From the IMG/VR virus record IMGVR_UViG_3300020172_001601, positions 186,001 to 250,000 of that record: a stretch of 64,000 nucleotides of DNA; one strand, written 5' to 3'. The position numbers were made by a program, and so were the translations under genes. This document shows, piece after piece, positions 44,503 to 53,590 of this stretch; position 1 is the stretch's first letter, and every line of letters begins with the position of its first letter. A model generated the notes under the pieces. It saw nothing but the letters and a program-made list of their open reading frames with translations. It was not told the origin of the DNA and did not search any database.

Positions 44503-44901
44503 GTGGAGCCGAACATGGGATGGAAATGGTGGGCGAAGACATATTTCAAAGTGCTTTTCAGCCGTGATTTATGGCTTTCGACCTTTTTCGTCATCTTGGA
44601 AGTCTTGATGGTTCTCGGCTGTTTTGACAGCGATAGATTTCGACAACAACCAGTCATCCATGTTTCCATGTGCCTTGGAAGCCTTTTCGCCCTTGCGGTC
44701 ACATTCACGACCCTGGGGATTGTTCAGGCTTATATCACACACAGAGGTAAAGAGAAGTTTCGTCTTGAACGTGAGCGGCGGGAACAGGAATTTCAGGACC
44801 GAATTCGTCAGCCAGTGCCTATACCAGAGCAACCACCAGAGCCAGAAATCAGTCCGTGGCTTTTAGGTGGTTGGGATAAACATTTGACTAAGGGTGAATA
44901 A
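44503..44901 (+). CDS. two-TM membrane protein
   Basis: Hydrophobic segments. Confidence 0.65.
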   Translation: MEPNMGWKWWAKTYFKVLFSRDLWLSTFFVILEVLMVLGCFDSDRFRQQPVIHVSMCLGSLFALAVTFTTLGIVQAYITHRGKEKFRLERERREQEFQDRIRQPVPIPEQPPEPEISPWLLGGWDKHLTKGE

Positions 44902-45506
44902 TGCCTGCTGAATCCAGTAATGCACAAGGATACGGACTCGTTTTGGTCCCACAGCCACCGATGGTCAGGACCATCTTTTTCGCTGAAGGTGGCAAGCGGC
45001 AGTTGTCCTTTCCTTATACTCTATTCGGGTTGTTCTATTTTAGAACCCCTGAATACAAGTATCACTTGAAGCGACTGCATGTTATTTTTGGACAGAAGCC
45101 ATTTACCGGCACCGATCTGACCGAAGAGTTCTTCGGCCTGCCTCTCCGTAATCACGACGGCGCATTTGCCACCTGCTTCTATCAGTGGGACGTGGAACAG
45201 ACGGCTGAGAAGTTCGCCGAGAAGATCATCGGCCAGTATTGGATGAGTCCTTACGCCGAATATAACGATTGGGCATCATGGTGGACCAATCGTTATGGCG
45301 CTCTGAATCCCAATTTCCTCAAGCAGTGGCAAGAAGCTACCGATAAGAAGGACTATGACTTCATCATGAACGAGCCTTTGCTCAAGGCCGATCACCACGT
45401 TAATCTTGGGAAATTGCTCGAAGCCAATAAGAGCCATTATTCCCAAGGCGGTATTGAAGTCGTGACCCTTGGACCCAAACTGGATTTGGTTAAGGAAATC
45501 GAATGA
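44901..45506 (+). CDS. prokaryotic E2 family D-like protein (paralog of 863..1534)
   Basis: VRTIFF..LSFPYTLF..LHVIFGQKP..LPLRNHDG..C..YWMSPY..QWQEAT. Confidence 0.5.
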   Translation: MPAESSNAQGYGLVLVPQPPMVRTIFFAEGGKRQLSFPYTLFGLFYFRTPEYKYHLKRLHVIFGQKPFTGTDLTEEFFGLPLRNHDGAFATCFYQWDVEQTAEKFAEKIIGQYWMSPYAEYNDWASWWTNRYGALNPNFLKQWQEATDKKDYDFIMNEPLLKADHHVNLGKLLEANKSHYSQGGIEVVTLGPKLDLVKEIE

Positions 45507-45727
45507 CCCGCTTCTTTTACTATTCCGTGGCTAAGTTGCCTGGGGACATGACTCCAGATGAATTGGAACAAGAAATCACAGCAGCACTTCAATACGAAGA
45601 CCGCTGCCGTGAGATCGGCCAAGGCGTCAACACAAAGGAATCGCTCCGTAAACGATCCTGTGAGTTGGAGTTAGTCAAACACCCAAATGGTATCGACCGC
45701 TGGACAGCACTTGTGGTAAACGTGTAA
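45503..45727 (+). CDS. hypothetical protein
   Basis: ATGA-coupled. Confidence 0.6.
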   Translation: MTRFFYYSVAKLPGDMTPDELEQEITAALQYEDRCREIGQGVNTKESLRKRSCELELVKHPNGIDRWTALVVNV

Positions 45728-45729
45728 AA

Positions 45730-46092
45730 ATGGAACTAAAGACTCTTGCATCCGAAATGACGGCGCAAGCTGAGGCAATGCCAATGACCATCGAACGTAT
45801 GATGGAGGGCATTGCCTCGCAGTCATTTCCAGCCGAGCTTAAACGCAAAGAAACAATTGATGGCATTGGTGCTGTTCAGGTGCAATACAGCCATGACCAT
45901 CTAAGTCCCGGCAAATACATTAAGCATTTGTCTTTTTCACGGGATGATTTGGAACGTCCAAGTATTGAAGTCCAAAAGGCGTTTCAAGAAGCGTTCTTTG
46001 ATAACAACAAAGATATTCTCGAACTGCCCTCAACCCTGCCATATGTCATTCAGATGGCAAGACTGGTGAGTTTCGATGTTCGCAATAACTGA
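45730..46092 (+). CDS. hypothetical protein
   Basis: Packed ORF. Confidence 0.65.
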   Translation: MELKTLASEMTAQAEAMPMTIERMMEGIASQSFPAELKRKETIDGIGAVQVQYSHDHLSPGKYIKHLSFSRDDLERPSIEVQKAFQEAFFDNNKDILELPSTLPYVIQMARLVSFDVRNN

Positions 46093-46390
46093 ATTCACTG
46101 AAGGCAAATATTATCTGCTCACTGGCTCAGGAGAGAAGTGGTCGGACTATGATGGCCCATTTGACACTGCACGAGAAGCCGTCCAGCACATGGCTGTATT
46201 GTGCGGTGAATACACGACGCCAGAAATGGTGAATTCTGCCGTATTGACATACTTCAGCAATAACATGCTGGACTTGTTGAAAGACGACAACGGTAGCCCA
46301 ATCAACGGCAACCAAATTTACTGGAAGAACACCATCTGGAAGGATGGGGAAATCATTTGGGAAGGTAGCGATGCACGATCCAACACATGA
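46076..46390 (+). CDS. hypothetical protein
   Basis: Packed ORF. Confidence 0.6.
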   Translation: MFAITEFTEGKYYLLTGSGEKWSDYDGPFDTAREAVQHMAVLCGEYTTPEMVNSAVLTYFSNNMLDLLKDDNGSPINGNQIYWKNTIWKDGEIIWEGSDARSNT

Positions 46391-46664
46391 ATACGATGAT
46401 AACTGCGAAGGTTGTCAGCCAGCGATGATGGACATAAAGACTGGCAAGCCAATGGAGCAAGACCATCCTGTAATGGTTGCTCTTATGAAGGCTTGGAGGG
46501 AAAAAACTACGTTGACTGAGCGTCGTGCGACCAGCCGGGTATGGATGGGACAATCCCAAAACCCCATTGATTTTGAAATCATGCACAGGGTCGGCGGCAT
46601 CATTCAAAAGGCCATAGACGAGGTTGAAGGCAATGCAAACGAAGTTCATGGAAGTGACGAATAA
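46371..46664 (+). CDS. hypothetical protein
   Basis: GAAGG SD. Confidence 0.65.
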   Translation: MHDPTHEYDDNCEGCQPAMMDIKTGKPMEQDHPVMVALMKAWREKTTLTERRATSRVWMGQSQNPIDFEIMHRVGGIIQKAIDEVEGNANEVHGSDE

Positions 46665-47001
46665 CAACAAGAATTGGGGCAAGTTCCTGCTGTTTCGTTT
46701 TGACAACGAATGGCAATACAAGTCTGCATTCACTGGTCGTTCGTTGCTTCATGAAGTTGGTTGGAACCAAGAGAATATTTTCGTCTTGGACCTTCAAACT
46801 GGCGAAGGCGCTCGATTCATGCCCGGTGGCCTCGCCAGTGCTGATTTGGATAAACACAAAATATGGGTTTGTCCAATGTACGAGCCTTTCTTAAACTGGC
46901 TCTACAGACAAAACTTGGAAGACCTTACCAAGTTGCCTGACTCCCTGGATATTCCAGAGGCAGAGTTCGCAATGAGAGGCTACAGAAGGGGCGGCAAATG
47001 A
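46633..47001 (+). CDS. hypothetical protein
   Basis: Packed ORF. Confidence 0.7.
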   Translation: MQTKFMEVTNNNKNWGKFLLFRFDNEWQYKSAFTGRSLLHEVGWNQENIFVLDLQTGEGARFMPGGLASADLDKHKIWVCPMYEPFLNWLYRQNLEDLTKLPDSLDIPEAEFAMRGYRRGGK

Positions 47002-47321
47002 ATCAGCCTGATCTGCACCATGAAGGCCCGCTCACCGTTGAATTGGTGCGTGGCCTCATGGACAAACTCAAAGTGGCATTGGATGAGATTGTGGCGTTCG
47101 TCCCGCCTGATGCCGATATTGAATGGGTGTTCTGCAAGAGCAATTGGGCAGAGGCACTGCAATATGCAGGCATTCGCTGTGCCGCCATATTGACGAAACT
47201 GGAATGCCAAATTGAATATCGCCTGGAAGACGATCACAAGAGTATTGACATTACTTTGTGTATTCTTCGAGACTATGAAGCAGCTAAGGCAAAGGGGTTC
47301 GAGCGTGATAACAACGTATAA
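46998..47321 (+). CDS. hypothetical protein
   Basis: ATGA-coupled. Confidence 0.65.
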   Translation: MNQPDLHHEGPLTVELVRGLMDKLKVALDEIVAFVPPDADIEWVFCKSNWAEALQYAGIRCAAILTKLECQIEYRLEDDHKSIDITLCILRDYEAAKAKGFERDNNV

Positions 47322-47511
47322 CCCAAAGACAGGCAAATGGGAACCTGAATCCAAAGAGGACGTTCTCAAAAAAGAAGACATTGAAGGCAATAGGCCCTGC
47401 GATCTATGCTGGGAAGCAGCCAGAGATCAAGGCGTTTATTCTTTCCCATTGAAGGAAACAGTTACACTAAAGCGATGCCCTTGTGGTCGCATGATTGGAG
47501 TTGAAAAATGA
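47305..47511 (+). CDS. small hypothetical protein
   Basis: CDLC..CPC; start approximate. Confidence 0.5.
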   Translation: MITTYNPKTGKWEPESKEDVLKKEDIEGNRPCDLCWEAARDQGVYSFPLKETVTLKRCPCGRMIGVEK

Positions 47512-47738
47512 CCGATCAATGGTGGTGTTCGAGTTGCCCAAAGTGCAAAGAGAAAAATTGGATCAACAATGGCGATCCATCTGATATGACCGCAATGGAT
47601 GTAGAGGGCATTCGTTGCTGGAATTGCAAGCACTGTTGGCGGCTGTCCGAGGAATTGGACTACGCCGACGAAATGGAAGAAGACGACGATCCGTACTACG
47701 AGGATGGCCGTCACTTTGTAGAGGTCAAACACGAATAG
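47508..47738 (+). CDS. zinc-ribbon small protein
   Basis: CPKC..CWNC; GGAG SD. Confidence 0.65.
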   Translation: MTDQWWCSSCPKCKEKNWINNGDPSDMTAMDVEGIRCWNCKHCWRLSEELDYADEMEEDDDPYYEDGRHFVEVKHE

Positions 47739-47767
47739 TTTACAAGTCTTTTAATGCGTGGTAGAAT
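47739..47767 (+). promoter_or_regulatory. class I promoter, likely leaderless
   Basis: TTTACA-N17-TAGAAT, ATG 5 nt later. Confidence 0.75.
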
Positions 47768-47772
47768 CGGCT

Positions 47773-48162
47773 ATGAAAACACTCACCACTGAAAACATGG
47801 GCGTTTACGTCGGCGGGCAGGTTGAAATCCTGGGGACCGGCGCAAACGAATACCGATACCGAGGTCAGATCAGCAAGATCGAAGTGCTGCCTGAGCCTGA
47901 ACGACCAAAGCCGGTCGGCGCAGGTCAAGACGCCACGCTTCATGTTGAGTTCGAGTACATCTGCGAATTCAAACATGGCGAGGGATACAAGCCGTCCGAG
48001 AATAAGCCGTATGATCTTGGGCTGCTTATTTGCGCACCGAGCGATATAGGCATGGATCGGCTTTGCATCAACTCCAGTATCCTTGGTGAAATGGCGATCT
48101 TTTACCCGCCCGCCCACAACAAGCGGGTGTTGCCAGATGGGGATATGGAACACAATGAGTAA
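47773..48162 (+). CDS. hypothetical protein
   Basis: ORF directly after promoter. Confidence 0.7.
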   Translation: MKTLTTENMGVYVGGQVEILGTGANEYRYRGQISKIEVLPEPERPKPVGAGQDATLHVEFEYICEFKHGEGYKPSENKPYDLGLLICAPSDIGMDRLCINSSILGEMAIFYPPAHNKRVLPDGDMEHNE

Positions 48163-48541
48163 AGTTCGACTCGATATTGGTCGCCCTTCGCCTATGCCCG
48201 GTCGGTATCGCCCTGATTATTGGGTGGTTCGACATGAAGGCACGCTTATTGTTAGATACAATAGCGACCTTAATCGTTTCGGATGGGAACGGCTGAAGGC
48301 AATCGCCGAGAAAGCCCTCAAAGAATGCGACCTGTGGGACTCACACGGTACGCATCGTGCCGAGATCGGCAATCTTGATGGCATTCTCTATATTGCCTTC
48401 CCCATTAAAGACCCTGATGGCAAAGTCAACGTCTGCATTGAAACGCAGGCAGGCTTTGAATCAGGCTTGGGCGTTAAGCTGTCTGACCTTGCGGAGTTCA
48501 ATTACATTAGCGACGGACAACACAAACATGGCAATAACTAA
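48155..48541 (+). CDS. hypothetical protein ending SDGQHKHGNN
   Basis: Overlap-coupled ORF. Confidence 0.7.
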   Translation: MSKVRLDIGRPSPMPGRYRPDYWVVRHEGTLIVRYNSDLNRFGWERLKAIAEKALKECDLWDSHGTHRAEIGNLDGILYIAFPIKDPDGKVNVCIETQAGFESGLGVKLSDLAEFNYISDGQHKHGNN

Positions 48542-48803
48542 AGTCGATGATGTTTGCCCAATATGCAACAAAGAAATAGAGCCAGGACTGGCGATCTATA
48601 TCACCAAGGTCAACTTGACTGATAATGGTCGCACTGGCCCAGGTGATGGTGGTATGTCTTTTGGTGGCACATATAGGCCAACACCAGAAGGCAAACTCCG
48701 AATTCAATATCTTGGTAGTTCCAAACCAAGGGTATGCGTCCATCAAGGATGCTACGAGGCAAAGATCGAAGGCATCCTGTTTGGAAAGAAGAAAAAGAAA
48801 TGA
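48528..48803 (+). CDS. hypothetical protein
   Basis: CPIC..HxxC. Confidence 0.6.
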   Translation: MAITKVDDVCPICNKEIEPGLAIYITKVNLTDNGRTGPGDGGMSFGGTYRPTPEGKLRIQYLGSSKPRVCVHQGCYEAKIEGILFGKKKKK

Positions 48804-49216
48804 GAAAGTCAGAACCATTGTCGCCTGAAGCCCAAGAAGACTTCGGCAAAGCATTGGAAGACGTATGCTCCAATCTGCTCAAGCGAGCCGACGAAGAGCG
48901 CAAACAAACAGAGCCTTGGAAGAACCTGTTTGCTGCTTCTGAGCAAGGACTGAAGGGTATTCTGAGTGAATCCAAGAATCAAATGATGACGATTGCACTC
49001 AATACCACCAAGGTAATTACAGAGAAATTCGGCATCAGATGCAGCGACAAATTGTTCGGTTTGATTAAGGCGTTGCCATATGCCATGAGCTATGCAGGTG
49101 ACGCCATCCACGATCAACAAGGGCTGTCTTGCTGTGTCGATAAGGCCCGTGAGGTTTACTACCGAGAAGTCTTGGAAGAAATCAGGAAGTTGATTGAGGA
49201 AAAGGCCAATGCCTAA
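48800..49216 (+). CDS. hypothetical protein
   Basis: ATGA-coupled. Confidence 0.7.
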   Translation: MRKSEPLSPEAQEDFGKALEDVCSNLLKRADEERKQTEPWKNLFAASEQGLKGILSESKNQMMTIALNTTKVITEKFGIRCSDKLFGLIKALPYAMSYAGDAIHDQQGLSCCVDKAREVYYREVLEEIRKLIEEKANA

Positions 49217-49454
49217 AATCACTGGAGAAATACCAGCCGGGGAACTAGAGATCAAGCATCTTTATTTCCCCGGCGTTGTCATTAGTGATACTTGTCCCAA
49301 TTGCGGCAAGGAGTGTTCGACCGATCTATCCCGCCATTCTACATCGTATCCCGTTGTCAATAAGCCAAGTACATTTGGCATGTATTGTGGCGATGGCTGC
49401 GAACATGAATGGGAAGTCCCAATTCTCTTTACGTTAAAGCTGGAAGCTCAATAG
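49209..49454 (+). CDS. zinc-ribbon small protein
   Basis: CPNC..CGDGC. Confidence 0.65.
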   Translation: MPKITGEIPAGELEIKHLYFPGVVISDTCPNCGKECSTDLSRHSTSYPVVNKPSTFGMYCGDGCEHEWEVPILFTLKLEAQ

Positions 49455-49600
49455 GTCTAATAGTGATTCGATTTCTTATTGGTTGGTTTATCTTGTCTGT
49501 GATTCTTACTTTGTTTCTTGGAAGGCTGTTTGCCATCCAAAAAGAAGGTGATCGGACAGCCCTGCGTCGAGACGACTTGCCCCCAAAGAAAATTGAGTAA
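49409..49600 (+). CDS. small membrane protein
   Basis: One TM; start uncertain. Confidence 0.45.
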   Translation: MGSPNSLYVKAGSSIGLIVIRFLIGWFILSVILTLFLGRLFAIQKEGDRTALRRDDLPPKKIE

Positions 49601-49602
49601 TC

Positions 49603-50151
49603 ATGAAGTATATCGAAGGCGATTTGTTTGACCACGTTCCAAACGACTCAGATGAAGTCGTTATCATTGCCCACGTCTGCAATGATATTGGAGCATGGGG
49701 CGCAGGATTTGTGGTGCCGCTGGGTCGCAAATATCCATCGGCCAGAGAGTCCTATATGACCATGACCGAGAGAAATCTCGGCGAAGTCATGTTCGTGCCA
49801 ATGGCTGAGAAGGTTGTTGTCGCCAATATGATCGGACAAGAAGGCGTAGGCCCGAAGTTCGATGGCAACAAGATGATCCCGCCAATACGCTATGAAGAAC
49901 TCAAGAAGTGTATGCACCATGTCCATGACATGGCGAAGCTACTTCAGAAGCAAGGCAAGAAGGTTCGCATTGCTTGCCCCATGTTCGGTGCTGGCTTGGC
50001 TGGTGGTGATTGGGACACTATTGCTCTCATGATATTTTTGATCTGGTCTGAGCAAGGCATTGAGACTAACATCTATTATCTTCCTCAATTCCTTCCCCCA
50101 GGTTTTACACCCCCAGGAGCAGATGATGGCAAGCAAGAAATCCCCGCTTGA
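49603..50151 (+). CDS. macrodomain (ADP-ribose binding/hydrolase) protein
   Basis: YIEGDLF..IAHVCNDIGAWGAGF..IACPMFGAGLAGGDW. Confidence 0.88.
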   Translation: MKYIEGDLFDHVPNDSDEVVIIAHVCNDIGAWGAGFVVPLGRKYPSARESYMTMTERNLGEVMFVPMAEKVVVANMIGQEGVGPKFDGNKMIPPIRYEELKKCMHHVHDMAKLLQKQGKKVRIACPMFGAGLAGGDWDTIALMIFLIWSEQGIETNIYYLPQFLPPGFTPPGADDGKQEIPA

Positions 50152-50383
50152 ATGGTCGCCTGAAGAAATGGCTCAATATGTCGGCACTGTGCGAGATGCC
50201 GTTGAGTTATTCTTGAAAGAGTCAGGTGTCGGCAGTAAGTTTTCAGACCTTGTGGAATTCATGAATACACGGTTCCGCACTGCGGACGAACAAATGTTCA
50301 AAGAATGGACCCAAAAGGAATTTCCTGGTCAATTCACTTACACCCACACTCACACGGCAACCTACGATGGCGACGAAGATTGA
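50123..50383 (+). CDS. hypothetical protein
   Basis: AGGAG SD. Confidence 0.6.
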   Translation: MMASKKSPLEWSPEEMAQYVGTVRDAVELFLKESGVGSKFSDLVEFMNTRFRTADEQMFKEWTQKEFPGQFTYTHTHTATYDGDED

Positions 50384-50591
50384 TTACACTGAGGCCGCAA
50401 GAGTTGTTGACGAATCCATTGTATGGGTAGATGGAGTCGTCAACCGCCTCAAGACCACGCCTTGGCCGGGTGTAGAAAATCTATTGGAGAATAGATCGTC
50501 TCGTGCTATAAAGGAAGCCGAGATATATTTGACCTCTGCGTTAGAGGCATTACAGAAAGCCAAGCGACGATTGGAGTCCACGGATGAATGA
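50367..50591 (+). CDS. hypothetical protein
   Basis: Packed ORF. Confidence 0.6.
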   Translation: MATKIDYTEAARVVDESIVWVDGVVNRLKTTPWPGVENLLENRSSRAIKEAEIYLTSALEALQKAKRRLESTDE

Positions 50592-50979
50592 CATTGAAGA
50601 GGTATTAGGAAATGCCAAAGTAGTGTTCGGCCTCAAAAGGCAAGGTCACATTCCAGCAATCGAAAGAATGCTCAAAGAGGGCAAGAGTTGGAACGATATT
50701 GGTGAAGCAATTCATTGGTGTCCTATAACGGCCAGAGAACACTATGAACGATACCTACACCGTCCAGAAGCAATACAGACCGTATGGTTTGAAGTTGAAA
50801 ATGAAGTTTGTCCCTTGCTCGCAAGAGCAGTCGAAATGCTGAGAAAATTCGGCAGCAAACCAGACGTGCCAGTTTGGGATCGCAACAACATTGCAAGCCT
50901 GATTTTCGAGGCAGAACAACATCTGCTTTCAACGCCAAGCAAGATACACCCTATTCTGAAGCCTCAAGATGACGAATGA
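50584..50979 (+). CDS. hypothetical protein
   Basis: GGAG SD. Confidence 0.65.
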   Translation: MNDIEEVLGNAKVVFGLKRQGHIPAIERMLKEGKSWNDIGEAIHWCPITAREHYERYLHRPEAIQTVWFEVENEVCPLLARAVEMLRKFGSKPDVPVWDRNNIASLIFEAEQHLLSTPSKIHPILKPQDDE

Positions 50980-51178
50980 CGAACGACTACAGCGGGGACG
51001 ACTGGCTTTTGCAGCCAGTTGTCTCAAGCTGGCACGACAAGAACTGAAGGATCATGGACGTGAGTTCATGAAGCCCGGCGAAGACGTTTATGACTCTGCC
51101 GTGCAATATGGCGGGAAGATTAACCTGACGAGAGATGAAATCATCGAGGCCGAAAAACTCTCCAAGAGGAAGAAATGA
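50969..51178 (+). CDS. hypothetical protein
   Basis: Packed ORF. Confidence 0.6.
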   Translation: MTNDERLQRGRLAFAASCLKLARQELKDHGREFMKPGEDVYDSAVQYGGKINLTRDEIIEAEKLSKRKK

Positions 51179-51801
51179 AAGATTACAACATCATTAGGCG
51201 ATTGTTCCCTGGCCTTGAAGGGGATTGGTCGAAGCTGAATGTCGATGATATTGCAGTTGATGCCTGCAAATTGTTGAACATTGGTCCTAATGATCCTAAT
51301 CCTTTTCTTGATCCTGAAACCGTGGACAACTGGATGGGTTTTGTTCACAAGCTGTTGCGGTGCGATTATTCCTATGGTGGATACCTGGAAGATCGCTCGA
51401 CCCTATGGCGAGGCCACTATCAGAAGCCAGGAGAACTGATTCACCTTGGCGTTGATTTCAATGTATCTGAAGGCGTAGTTGTTACGATGCCCACATGGGG
51501 CAAACTGGTGCATAGCTTTAACGACCCCGATCAAAACGGCGGCTGGGGCGGCAAGCTGATCTTCGAGTGCAAACAAGGATATTTGCTCTTTGGACACCTG
51601 AAGGATATTCCCAATGATATTGGGACCAAATATAGCCCAGGTCATAAGATCGGCGTAGTTGCCGAGGCAGAATGCAATGGTGGCTGGGGGCCACACCTGC
51701 ATCTGCAATTGATGAGAGAATTCAATCCCGATGTAGATGGATATGGTCCGTACTACGAAGGAATTCAAAAAGACTTTTTTGATCCGTTGGAGTTCCTGTG
51801 A
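51175..51801 (+). CDS. M23 family metallopeptidase
   Basis: HLGVDF (HxxxD), LFGHL, GPHLHLQ (HxH). Confidence 0.85.
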   Translation: MKDYNIIRRLFPGLEGDWSKLNVDDIAVDACKLLNIGPNDPNPFLDPETVDNWMGFVHKLLRCDYSYGGYLEDRSTLWRGHYQKPGELIHLGVDFNVSEGVVVTMPTWGKLVHSFNDPDQNGGWGGKLIFECKQGYLLFGHLKDIPNDIGTKYSPGHKIGVVAEAECNGGWGPHLHLQLMREFNPDVDGYGPYYEGIQKDFFDPLEFL

Positions 51802-52136
51802 GCGAATCAAGATTCATGTTCAAAGGCATTGAGTGCGTCTTCAGCGAGAAGGCCGAGGCTATCGTCCCATCTGACGACGCCAAGACATTTTTGCTGGAGA
51901 CTTTCTTTTCTTATGAACCCATTAACTCCATTCGATGGGTAGATGCCAAATCTTTGGATGACGCCAGAAAAGATGATGGATCGTTGCCGATGTATACGAT
52001 TGGCAACGGTGAAAGCGAATTGCTGTTATGGCCTCTTTTGAATGATGGCGATCTTTGGATGGGAATTGAATCTGCTGAAGAAAGACCTGATTTGATTGGA
52101 GAACTTTTTGGGGGTAGATTAAAAACAAAAAGTTAA
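51798..52136 (+). CDS. hypothetical protein
   Basis: GTGA-coupled. Confidence 0.6.
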   Translation: MSESRFMFKGIECVFSEKAEAIVPSDDAKTFLLETFFSYEPINSIRWVDAKSLDDARKDDGSLPMYTIGNGESELLLWPLLNDGDLWMGIESAEERPDLIGELFGGRLKTKS

Positions 52137-52187
52137 CTATAATATCGGTGGCGTCTTAACCCTAGAGAAGAAGAAGGAGATAGAAAG

Positions 52188-52940
52188 ATGCAAGAAGAAG
52201 TAAAACCTGACACCACCAAAGAAATGAAGTCAAATCTCGGTGGCTCCCCCAACGTCGTATTCTCGTTTGATACGACCGGCTCGATGAACCCCTGTATTCA
52301 ACAGGTGCGTCAAAAACTGCGTGATCTCGTTGAAATGATGAGTGCTGATATTCCCGGCCTCAAGATCGGTTTGATTGCCCACGGCGATTATTGTGATGGT
52401 GACAATGCCATTGCATTCCTCGATCTGACTGATGACCTCGAAAAGATCATGACATTCATCAATACTACGCCCAATACAAGCGGCGGTGATGCTCCTGAGT
52501 GCTATGAATACGCTCTCCAAACGGCAAGGCAAATGTCCTGGCCCAAGGAAGGCGGCAGCGTAGTTCTCATTGGCGATGATGAGCCACACGAAGTTAATCC
52601 CAACAATATCAATTGGCGGGACGAAGTTCGGCAAATGCTTGAACTCAATGTTAAAGTGTTTCCGATGCAGTGTCTCTTCCGAGACAGCCGTGCTAAGGTC
52701 AACGCTTTTTGGGAAGAAGTTTCCCAAATTAGCGAAACTCCACTGTTGATGCTTGAATCGTTCGGCGATAGCGCCAATACTCTTGAAGCTGTTGCATATG
52801 CTTCATCGGGCGGTGCAGCATATGACACCTATAAGTCCAAGTTCGCTACGGAAGTCACTAGCGGTCTGCGAGCATGTGCCACCAGCAATCTTGTGGACAA
52901 TCAGTCCAAGCTGGAGGCGTTTGCAAAAAGGGGCGAGTAA
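52188..52940 (+). CDS. von Willebrand factor A (MIDAS) domain protein
   Basis: FSFDTTGSM, GDYCD, GGDAPECYE, LIGDDEPH; AAGGAG SD. Confidence 0.88.
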   Translation: MQEEVKPDTTKEMKSNLGGSPNVVFSFDTTGSMNPCIQQVRQKLRDLVEMMSADIPGLKIGLIAHGDYCDGDNAIAFLDLTDDLEKIMTFINTTPNTSGGDAPECYEYALQTARQMSWPKEGGSVVLIGDDEPHEVNPNNINWRDEVRQMLELNVKVFPMQCLFRDSRAKVNAFWEEVSQISETPLLMLESFGDSANTLEAVAYASSGGAAYDTYKSKFATEVTSGLRACATSNLVDNQSKLEAFAKRGE

Positions 52941-53209
52941 TGAGCATGAGAGAACAGGTAGAAGAAACGCTCAAAGAGGAAAATCCTGATGCTTTGTTTC
53001 TTGATGGTTTCGATGAAGCCATCATCGGCATTGCCAGACGAGCAAACCTTGCTGTCGTTGCATACAACGAATCGGCCTGCATTGATATTTTGATGAAAGA
53101 TCAAGGCATGACCGAGGACGACGCCTGGGAATATTTTGGATTCAATGTCCAAGGTGCCTGGATGGGCGAACACACGCCAGTTCTCATCAGCTATGTTCGA
53201 TGGGCATAG
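52940..53209 (+). CDS. phage hypothetical protein
   Basis: DGFDEAIIG..DDAWEYFGFNVQGAWMGEHTP. Confidence 0.75.
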   Translation: MSMREQVEETLKEENPDALFLDGFDEAIIGIARRANLAVVAYNESACIDILMKDQGMTEDDAWEYFGFNVQGAWMGEHTPVLISYVRWA

Positions 53210-53236
53210 CCCACTTCGCCACAATTCGATCTTCTT

Positions 53237-53267
53237 AAACCACCCGTGTACACCACGGGTGGTTTTT
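53237..53267 (+). terminator. intrinsic terminator
   Basis: AAACCACCCGTG-TACAC-CACGGGTGGTTT TT. Confidence 0.85.
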
Positions 53268-53269
53268 GT

Positions 53270-53298
53270 TTTACAGCCCATTATTTTCGTGGTAAAAT
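53270..53298 (+). promoter_or_regulatory. class I promoter
   Basis: TTTACA-N17-TAAAAT. Confidence 0.75.
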
Positions 53299-53319
53299 CA
53301 GCTTTTCGGAATATCGGGT

Positions 53320-53348
53320 TGAACTCCATGAAGAGTTTGCTCTCTAGG
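53320..53348 (+). promoter_or_regulatory. class II motif
   Basis: TGAACT-N14-CTCTCTAGG. Confidence 0.7.
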
Positions 53349-53349
53349 G

Positions 53350-53586
53350 ATGCAGCAGATGCAATCACCACCACAAGCAGGCGAAGTTTGGATCAACATC
53401 CACACTAGCTCTAAGGTGACGATTCAACGTGTAGAAGAAGTTGCTCAAGCCAGGGGTGGGTTGGTTGTCGTATACGACCAACCCAATTGGAAGAGTCAAC
53501 GATGCAATATTGAAACTTTCAATGTCAATTGGAAGCGTCACAAACCAGCCAGCAAGTGGTTCTTGGGAGCCTTCAATTCGGAGTGA
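53350..53586 (+). CDS. hypothetical protein
   Basis: ORF after tandem promoters. Confidence 0.6.
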   Translation: MQQMQSPPQAGEVWINIHTSSKVTIQRVEEVAQARGGLVVVYDQPNWKSQRCNIETFNVNWKRHKPASKWFLGAFNSE

Positions 53587-53590
53587 TAAA

